Positions 1 to 4,165 of a stretch of 4,165 bases of DNA are shown piece after piece. The stretch is from a virus (Duplodnaviria > Heunggongvirae > Uroviricota > Caudoviricetes). How positions within the stretch are numbered: position 1 is the first letter of the stretch; every line of letters begins with the position of its first letter. Both the position numbers and the translations under genes were made by a program. The notes under the pieces were generated by a model that was not told where the DNA came from, searched no databases, and was given only the letters and a program-made list of their open reading frames with translations. Location of the stretch: IMG/VR virus record IMGVR_UViG_2534681736_000020. One strand, 5' to 3'.

Positions 1-71
1 CATCGGAAACGATGATCTGGCAGCCTGAGTTCACAGATAAAACACTCTCCAGGAAACCCGGGGCGGTTCAT
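1..71 (-). CDS. Partial hypothetical protein (N-terminus only; continues past the left edge of the window)
   Basis: Hand translation of the minus strand: ATG at 71..69 then MNRPGFPGECFICELRLPDHRFR..., open to the window edge. A GAAGGG Shine-Dalgarno-like motif lies about 8 nt upstream. Same strand and spacing as the replication genes. No recognisable homology. Confidence 0.3.
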   Translation of the reverse strand, partial: MNRPGFPGECFICELRLPDHRFR

Positions 72-87
72 AGTGCCTGCCCTTCGG

Positions 88-267
88 TTACCCCGGCTTC
101 ACCTTCGACAGCCAGAAACCAGGTGTGACCCGTTTTATCAACAACGCCATTTTTTTGAGTTCCCACAGTTCGTTAAGAACTTCTTCACGGCTGATATCAA
201 GCCGCGCCGCCAGTTCAACAGAATTGGCTTTTCCCATCGCTTTCAGTGCATGCAATACAGTTTCCAT
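88..267 (-). CDS. Small hypothetical protein, 59 aa, possible winged-helix/HTH DNA-binding protein
   Basis: Hand-translated minus-strand ORF (below the apparent 60-aa cutoff of the track): [62 protein letters not shown] at 267..265 is 25 nt downstream of the DnaC-like stop, with GAGG 10 nt upstream. The helix-turn-helix-like pattern is inference only. Contains an A7 homopolymer (plus T7 at 150..156). Confidence 0.4.
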   Translation of the reverse strand: METVLHALKAMGKANSVELAARLDISREEVLNELWELKKMALLIKRVTPGFWLSKVKPG

Positions 268-292
268 CGAAAATTTACCTCGTCAAAAATTC

Positions 293-1033
293 TCACATAC
301 CCTGACGTCCAACGTTTGACCGCCAGCTCTCCCAGTTAAAATTCACCCAACGACCACCATTCATGGTCATACGGTCCATCACCCGATCTCCGAGGAGTGT
401 GCTCATCGCTGCGTGATTCAGGTTCGTCAGCATTCCGACACTACACATCGAAGCCGTTCTGCGGTCGACTATCTGGTTCAGCGTGACCTGCTCGTTGCGC
501 GTATCCCGCTGCATGCCAATTTCATCAAGGACCAGAAGGTCAACTCCACAAAGCTCCTGTAAAAATTTTTCCCCGGACTGGCCGTTGTCGTAGCCGTCAT
601 GCAACACGCTCATGACATCGGACACGGTGACGATAATCACGCTTCTCCCCTTCGCCATCAGCCGATTGCCAATCGCTGCTGCCAGGTGATTTTTACCGGT
701 ACCAGGTTTACCGCTGAACACGAAGTTTGTACATCCGGTCATCAATTCATCGGCAATGGATTTCGCCTGGCTCAGAGCATGGCGCTGACCGTCGTTCTGC
801 ACCCGGTAGTTCCCGAATGAGCACTTCCTGTGAAGCGGCTGGATGCCCGCACGGTTCAGGATTTTTTCAACCCGCACCTGATGATTCAGGCGGTTAATCT
901 CCTCGCTGCGTTTTCGTCCTTCAGCAAGTTGCCATTCCCGCCACTCCTCCACCGTCCGGTACGGTGGAACCGCCCCCTGTGGTGCAAGTCTGCGAATACG
1001 TTCAAGAACCCCAACTGCCGCAATGTTTTTCAT
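293..1033 (-). CDS. DnaC-like AAA+ replicative helicase loader (functional analogue of lambda P; IstB/DnaC family)
   Basis: 246-aa ORF with ATG start. Walker A GKPGTGKNHLAAAIG and Walker B DLLVLDEIG are present, and the C-terminal half (NQIVDRR...GMLTNLN...LGDRVMDRM...WVNFNWESWR) closely resembles E. coli DnaC as I recall it. Sits 6 bp downstream of the O-like gene stop, typical of O-P/DnaC coupling. Confidence 0.9.
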   Translation of the reverse strand: MKNIAAVGVLERIRRLAPQGAVPPYRTVEEWREWQLAEGRKRSEEINRLNHQVRVEKILNRAGIQPLHRKCSFGNYRVQNDGQRHALSQAKSIADELMTGCTNFVFSGKPGTGKNHLAAAIGNRLMAKGRSVIIVTVSDVMSVLHDGYDNGQSGEKFLQELCGVDLLVLDEIGMQRDTRNEQVTLNQIVDRRTASMCSVGMLTNLNHAAMSTLLGDRVMDRMTMNGGRWVNFNWESWRSNVGRQGM

Positions 1034-1039
1034 GACACG

Positions 1040-2002
1040 TCACCCCCTGAATCCCGGCGGTATTTCAGTGTCCGGTTCAGAAATGTGATTCACGCAACGC
1101 TGCGCGGGCGAACGCCCCAGGCGGATAACCAGTTCATCCCATTTTTCCCGGAGTTTTGCCGGACTCATGATGTTTTTTACCCAGAACGAATCCCGCTGGA
1201 GACGCCCAAACATTTCACAAATTTGTCTGTGAGTTCTGCCATCCAGCATCCGCATTGTCCGCACGTCATTGGCCCATGCAGTCCAGTTGGGTTCTTTCGG
1301 TCTCGTGATCTCGCCATCATCGCTGGCCGCCTGCTCGTAAAGACTCACGATTCGTCCCCAGATCCACTGTGCGCACACCAAATCTTCCTGACTTCCCCAC
1401 TGGCGTTTTTTCGCACTGAACACAACCGCGTCAGGGTGTCGGGTTAAAAAATTCTGTTCAGCCGTCTGCGGGTCCGGTTGCGAAGCGTCCGGACAAGAAG
1501 ATCTTTTATCTGACGGATCAGGTTTTAATACTGACGGATTGGGGTCAATCATCGCCCCCCTAATCGGCAGTTTGTTATCAACAGTTGATCCATCAAAATT
1601 TGACGGGTCAACCGTTGAGGGGGCAATATTTGACGGGTCAACTGTTAACGGGTCATTTTTTGCCGGGCTAATTTTTCTTTTCGGTTTATATGACTCACGC
1701 GCCGCCGCAGCAGCTGCTTCGAGTTTTTCCACATTAAGCCGATAGATATTGCTTACATTACGCCCACCGACCTTACGCTCTTCCTTCGTCAGCCAGCCCT
1801 CTTTCGCCAGTTCTGCAATAGCCGATTTCACTGTGGATTCACTTCTTGCACCGATCTGACGCCGGATAGTTTCAATGGCAGGCCATGACACGCCCTCGTC
1901 ATTGCTGTAGTCTGCAAGACGGGCCATAACCGCCACCCTGGATAAGATCATGCCGGTGAAGGCGCACCCTTCCCAGACAAGACCATGAAGCTTGCTGCTC
2001 AT
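1040..2002 (-). CDS. Phage replication initiation protein (lambda O-like replisome organiser; N-terminal HTH domain, C-terminal helicase-loader-interaction domain)
   Basis: The track ORF 1040..2017 begins at GTG; the first ATG is at 2002..2000 (MSSKLHGLVWEG...) with a GGGGG run 4 nt upstream, giving 320 aa. The N-terminal HTH-like segment (VSWPAIETIRRQIGARSESTVKSAIAELAKEGWL) is followed by an Ala-rich and Pro/Ser/Thr/Asp repeat linker encoded by the iteron array, then a Trp-rich C-terminal domain. Position immediately upstream of the DnaC-like gene fits an O-type initiator. Confidence 0.8.
   Translation of the reverse strand: MSSKLHGLVWEGCAFTGMILSRVAVMARLADYSNDEGVSWPAIETIRRQIGARSESTVKSAIAELAKEGWLTKEERKVGGRNVSNIYRLNVEKLEAAAAAARESYKPKRKISPAKNDPLTVDPSNIAPSTVDPSNFDGSTVDNKLPIRGAMIDPNPSVLKPDPSDKRSSCPDASQPDPQTAEQNFLTRHPDAVVFSAKKRQWGSQEDLVCAQWIWGRIVSLYEQAASDDGEITRPKEPNWTAWANDVRTMRMLDGRTHRQICEMFGRLQRDSFWVKNIMSPAKLREKWDELVIRLGRSPAQRCVNHISEPDTEIPPGFRG
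1585..1671. repeat. Iteron array inside the O-like gene (candidate origin of replication): six 12-bp units at 15-bp spacing, forming three 30-bp higher-order repeats
   Basis: Directly visible units: TTGATCCATCAA (1585), TTGACGGGTCAA (1600), TTGAGGGGGCAA (1615), TTGACGGGTCAA (1630), TTAACGGGTCAT (1645), TTGCCGGGCTAA (1660). Each is a near-palindrome TTGAC-GG-GTCAA. TTTGACGGGTCAAC is exactly repeated at 1599..1612 and 1629..1642. A moderately AT-rich stretch follows at 1669..1695 (CTAATTTTTCTTTTCGGTTTATATGAC). The architecture is analogous to lambda ori-lambda within gene O. Confidence 0.6.
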
Positions 2003-2024
2003 AAAACCCCCGAACACCGTGCTT

Positions 2025-2450
2025 TTAGTGCATCACCACAGCATTCCCTGCCGGGCCGCCGCGATTCATCTGGTCATACAAAACAACCGCTGACGCAACA
2101 AAATCATCGACATCCTTCACCAGCCGATCCCTCCGTTCGACGATCTCACGGTAATATTCAGAACTGTGGCTGCGCATACGGGCCACCAGCAAAGGCGGCA
2201 TCGCCTTTTCGATCGCCGGTAACAGAGCCTGCATTTTTTCAACAGCATCAGGGGTGTCTTTATCCAGCCAACGGAAAATTTTCTGGGTATTACGGGCCAG
2301 GGCTTCCGGATGGCTGTCGTCATACAGTTCCGGGAACGTCATTCCCAGCTCGAAATACGCTTTGGTAATTTTCGCAGCCGGTACTTTTTCGCCGTCCGGA
2401 TGCGCCCAGACATTCATCGCCATGCGGATGTGTTCATGCTTGATTTTCAT
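2025..2450 (-). CDS. YdaT-like protein at the cII position (YdaT family; reported functional analogue of CII)
   Basis: 141-aa ORF with ATG start. The N-terminus MKIKHEHI... and the position immediately after the Cro/YdaS-like gene (ATGA overlap at 2447..2450, GGAG 7 nt upstream) match the ydaS-ydaT arrangement of Rac-type prophages. Family assignment is from recall, not a search. Confidence 0.65.
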   Translation of the reverse strand: MKIKHEHIRMAMNVWAHPDGEKVPAAKITKAYFELGMTFPELYDDSHPEALARNTQKIFRWLDKDTPDAVEKMQALLPAIEKAMPPLLVARMRSHSSEYYREIVERRDRLVKDVDDFVASAVVLYDQMNRGGPAGNAVVMH

Positions 2451-2749
2451 GAATCAACTCCATCAGATAAGCATGCACTACAATCACCTTCAGCATGAAC
2501 TACATGTGTTTGCCCCAAACGAATGCCGCTCGCATACTCAGGCCAAATAAGCTCCCAATCATGGGGTCGTAGCTCCGCCCTACTTACTTGGCCTTCCGTC
2601 GCAGATTCGATCATAAGGGCGCGGGTTGGAGATATAGCTGTTCGTCCAGACGCCATTTGCGATAAGTAAGATGGCGATACACCAAGTCTGGCCGCGAATT
2701 TCTTAGCATCACCAACCCTTAATGATTTAATAAACTCTTTTAATGTCAT
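2447..2749 (-). CDS. Cro/YdaS-like HTH transcriptional regulator (Cro analogue)
   Basis: 100-aa ORF with ATG at 2749..2747 and GAGGAAGG Shine-Dalgarno at 2758..2751. HTH motif KKFAARLGVSPSYLSQMASGRTAISPTRALMIESAT. Divergent from the repressor gene and first gene of the replication-side operon. Confidence 0.8.
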   Translation of the reverse strand: MTLKEFIKSLRVGDAKKFAARLGVSPSYLSQMASGRTAISPTRALMIESATEGQVSRAELRPHDWELIWPEYASGIRLGQTHVVHAEGDCSACLSDGVDS

Positions 2750-2759
2750 ACCTTCCTCG

Positions 2760-2846
2760 GTTTAGTGTTTTTTTGCGAGTTTAGTGTTTAATAAACCATT
2801 AAGTCAAGTATTTGCTTGTTTAGTGATTACTAAAGATAATTACCAC
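2760..2846. promoter_or_regulatory. Divergent promoter/operator region (PR-like and PRM-like) between the cro-like and repressor genes
   Basis: Plus strand (repressor): -35 TTGCTT 2812..2817, 17-bp spacer, -10 GATAAT 2835..2840, ATG at 2847. Minus strand (cro-like): -35 TTGACT at plus 2802..2807, about 18-bp spacer, -10 TAAACT at plus 2778..2783. Three direct repeats: GTTTAGTGTTT at 2760..2770 and 2779..2789, GTTTAGTGATT at 2818..2828. The 11-mer GTTTAATAAAC at 2786..2796 is the reverse complement of GTTTATTAAAC at 3810..3820. Confidence 0.5.
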
Positions 2847-3218
2847 ATGCAAAAAAAAGAAATTCGCCGTTTACGTCTCAAGGAGTGGTTTAAAGATAAA
2901 ACTCTGCCACCCAAAGAGAAGAGCTACCTATCTCAACTAATGAGTGGGAGAGCCTCGTTTGGAGAAAAGGCTGCCAGAAGAATAGAGCAAACATACGGGA
3001 TGCCGGAAGGGTATCTGGATGCGGAATACGCAGAACAACCGGGGGGTTCTCCACCACATGCAGGGTTAACGTCTAATCAACTGGAATTATTGCAGATTTT
3101 TTCAGCCTTCCCTGAGGATGAGCAACGCCAGATAATCAGCGAGTTAAAGCAGAAAAAAGAATCAATGGAAGATCTCATAGCGAGATGGATTGCGGCGCAA
3201 AAATGCCGCCGCGCCTGA
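2847..3218 (+). CDS. paaR2: CI-type phage repressor-like HTH regulator, 123 aa; probable PaaR2-like regulator of the downstream toxin-antitoxin pair
   Basis: The track ORF 2784..3218 starts at GTG inside an operator repeat; the first ATG is at 2847, 7 nt after the GATAAT -10, with no Shine-Dalgarno, so probably leaderless. HTH motif SYLSQLMSGRASFGEKAARRIEQTYGMPEGYLD. The C-terminal LELLQIFSAFPEDEQRQIISEL resembles the DicA/CI-like C-terminal region. Size and gene order match my recollection of PaaR2 (symbol from recall, unverified). Confidence 0.75.
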   Translation: MQKKEIRRLRLKEWFKDKTLPPKEKSYLSQLMSGRASFGEKAARRIEQTYGMPEGYLDAEYAEQPGGSPPHAGLTSNQLELLQIFSAFPEDEQRQIISELKQKKESMEDLIARWIAAQKCRRA

Positions 3219-3238
3219 GTTATAAAACCGGAGGAAAC

Positions 3239-3430
3239 ATGAATAGAGCCCTTTCACCAATGGTTTCTGAATTTGAAACCATTGAACAAGAAAACAGTTA
3301 CAACGAATGGCTGCGTGCGAAAGTAGCAACGAGCCTTGCAGATCCGCGCCCAGCAATTCCCCATGACGAAGTTGAGCGCAGAATGGCAGAACGCTTTGCT
3401 AAGATGCGCAAGGAACGGAGCAAGCAGTAA
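3239..3430 (+). CDS. paaA2: Small antitoxin, 63 aa, of a ParE-type toxin-antitoxin pair (PaaA2-like)
   Basis: The track ORF 3185..3430 has an N-terminal extension overlapping the repressor 3' end. The ATG at 3239 has a strong GGAGG Shine-Dalgarno at 3229..3233 with a 5-nt spacer. The product MNRALSPMVSEFETIEQENSYNEWLRAKVATSLADPRPAIPHDEVERRMAERFAKMRKERSKQ is small and charged, and its stop lies 1 nt before the toxin ATG. Matches my recollection of the 63-aa PaaA2 of E. coli O157:H7. Confidence 0.75.
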   Translation: MNRALSPMVSEFETIEQENSYNEWLRAKVATSLADPRPAIPHDEVERRMAERFAKMRKERSKQ

Positions 3431-3431
3431 A

Positions 3432-3710
3432 ATGTTACCCGTGTTATGGCTTGAAAGCGCAGATACCGACCTAGATGATATAACTAGTTATATTGCTCGT
3501 TTCGACATAGATGCGGCTGAACGCTTATGGCAGCGATTAAGGGGTTGTGTGCTGCCGTTATCCGAACATCCGTATTTATACCCACCAAGCGACAGAGTAC
3601 CTGGCTTGCGTGAGATTGTAGCCCACCCTAACTATATAATTCTATACCGCGTAACAACATCAAGCGTTGAAGTAGTAAACGTGATCCACGCAAGACGCCA
3701 GTTTCCCTAA
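3432..3710 (+). CDS. parE2: ParE/RelE-superfamily toxin, 92 aa (ParE2-like)
   Basis: The track ORF 3336..3710 includes an upstream in-frame extension; the real start is most likely ATG 3432, 1 nt after the antitoxin stop. Product MLPVLWLESADTDLDDITSYIARFDIDAAERLWQRLRGCVLPLSEHPYLYPPSDRVPGLREIVAHPNYIILYRVTTSSVEVVNVIHARRQFP has typical ParE-family size and features. Symbol is from recall of the paaR2-paaA2-parE2 module. Confidence 0.8.
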   Translation: MLPVLWLESADTDLDDITSYIARFDIDAAERLWQRLRGCVLPLSEHPYLYPPSDRVPGLREIVAHPNYIILYRVTTSSVEVVNVIHARRQFP

Positions 3711-3728
3711 CTTTCACTACCAATAGAA

Positions 3729-3775
3729 ACATAACAACCGCAACGACTTTATCAAAAGCGTTGTGTTTGTTATGT
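3729..3775 (+). other. Long imperfect inverted repeat (17-bp arms, 13-nt loop) just downstream of the toxin stop; possible terminator or processing/recognition structure
   Basis: ACATAACAACCGCAACG (3729..3745) pairs with CGTTGTGTTTGTTATGT (3759..3775), with one mismatch and one G-U as RNA. The T-rich GGTTTAGTTTTTA follows only after a CCCGC gap, so this is not a canonical intrinsic terminator. Confidence 0.3.
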
Positions 3776-3777
3776 CC

Positions 3778-3822
3778 CGCGGTTTAGTTTTTACTTGACT
3801 TAAGTTTAATGTTTATTAAACT
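3778..3822 (+). promoter_or_regulatory. PL-like promoter with overlapping palindromic operator, mirroring the PR-like module
   Basis: -35 TTGACT 3794..3799, 16-bp spacer, -10 TAAACT 3816..3821. Perfect palindrome AGTTTAAT-GTTT-ATTAAACT at 3802..3821. Upstream repeat-like GTTTAGTTTTT at 3779..3789. TACTTGACTTAA at 3791..3802 is the reverse complement of TTAAGTCAAGTA at 2799..2810. Confidence 0.4.
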
Positions 3823-3914
3823 AAAAATACCAACCCACCCCGCCCCACAGAACGCAGGGAAATACTTCGAGTTACCCGGCAGTGGTCAGGGGTTAAGTAG
3901 CCAGCCCGAGGCGT

Positions 3915-4088
3915 ATGAACATGACGGCAGGGTTCAACTTTAATAACTATGCAGCAGGTTTTTGTTCCGCTACCCCGGCGTTAAGGGGAAACAGAGGGTT
4001 TCTCAGTGGGCGAAGTCAAACATCAGAATGGAAGGCATCCCGGGATCGGCAAAGAAGCAGCAATGGCGCTTTATATTGACATCAGCGC
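3915..4088 (+). CDS. Doubtful small ORF, 57 aa, Arg/Gly/Ser-rich
   Basis: Hand translation: MNMTAGFNFNNYAAGFCSATPALRGNRGFLSGRSQTSEWKASRDRQRSSNGALY. GAGG lies 4 nt upstream of the ATG. Low-complexity composition, so it may be non-coding leader sequence. Confidence 0.15.
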
Positions 4089-4165
4089 CATTGCAGGACA
4101 GGTAAGAGTTATCAGAGCGGTAACTAAGCGGTATGCGCCTTTACTTCAGAAAGTCTCTGGTGAGT
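4063..4165 (+). CDS. Possible 5' end of a gene continuing past the right edge of the window
   Basis: ATG at 4063 (AAGAAG 5 nt upstream) opens MALYIDISAIAGQVRVIRAVTKRYAPLLQKVSGE..., which stays open to the window end. Same strand as the repressor operon and the predicted PL-like promoter. No recognisable homology. Confidence 0.25.
   Translation, partial: MALYIDISAIAGQVRVIRAVTKRYAPLLQKVSGE

Noticed and set aside
73-339. Plus-strand ORFs 73..339 (88 aa) and 125..319 (64 aa)
   Set aside because: Antisense to the better-supported minus-strand small ORF and the DnaC-like 3' end. No ribosome-binding site, and low-complexity, Arg/Phe-rich translation typical of shadow frames.
599-1447. Plus-strand ORFs 599..820 and 830..1447
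   Set aside because: Lie entirely antisense within the DnaC-like and O-like genes, which have strong motif support. Shadow ORFs.
1539-1745. Plus-strand ORF 1539..1745 (68 aa)
   Set aside because: Antisense across the iteron array; its repetitive translation is a by-product of the DNA repeats.
1935-1945. DnaA-box-like CTGGATAAG
   Set aside because: Only a partial match to the TGTGGATAA box and it lies in coding sequence. Phage O-type origins do not require DnaA boxes, so this is likely chance.
2003-2017. GTG start at 2017 for the O-like gene
   Set aside because: The first ATG is at 2002 with a G-rich Shine-Dalgarno-like run upstream; the GTG extension adds only MFGGF and leaves almost no intergenic space after the YdaT-like stop. 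The true start remains somewhat uncertain.
1985-2550. Plus-strand ORFs 1985..2368, 2254..2550, 2310..2498 and minus-strand ORF 2117..2323
   Set aside because: Overlap the YdaT-like and Cro-like genes in antisense or alternative frames. No start context; Arg/Ser/Cys-rich shadow translations.
2784-2846. GTG start at 2784 extending the repressor N-terminus by 21 aa
   Set aside because: The start codon is GTG inside an operator repeat and the extension would cover the whole promoter region. The ATG at 2847, just after the -10, is far more plausible.
3162-3356. Minus-strand ORF 3162..3356 (64 aa)
   Set aside because: Antisense across the repressor-antitoxin junction. No ribosome-binding site; shadow ORF.
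3185-3431. Upstream in-frame extensions of the antitoxin (from 3185) and toxin (from 3336) ORFs
   Set aside because: The extensions overlap the upstream genes and lack ribosome-binding sites. The internal ATGs at 3239 (GGAGG upstream) and 3432 give proteins of typical antitoxin and ParE size.
1-4165. CRISPR arrays, tRNA/rRNA genes, insertion-sequence ends or integrase
   Set aside because: No spacer-interrupted direct repeats, no cloverleaf-compatible segment and no terminal inverted repeats with a transposase were seen. The only tandem repeats are the iterons and operator repeats described above.

Overview
This window reads as the immunity and replication core of a lambdoid (Rac-like) enterobacterial prophage, annotated by eye from the sequence and six-frame track with no database search. 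On the minus strand, right to left, sit a Cro/YdaS-like HTH gene, a YdaT-like gene at the cII position (4-bp ATGA overlap), an O-like replication initiator with an internal iteron array (candidate origin), a DnaC-like AAA+ helicase loader, a small possible winged-helix ORF and a partial ORF running off the left edge. Divergently on the plus strand is a CI-type repressor gene that appears to be leaderless, followed by a tightly packed antitoxin and ParE/RelE-family toxin pair. From recall, this three-gene module closely matches the paaR2-paaA2-parE2 system of E. coli O157:H7 prophages, so it is probably not novel in itself; its placement in the position lambda uses for rexAB is the most interesting point. 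Both ends of the repressor operon carry related promoter/operator modules in mirrored orientation. The last ~450 bp have no long ORF but contain several palindromes and two doubtful small ORFs. Several track ORFs begin at GTG or are antisense shadows and were trimmed or rejected.
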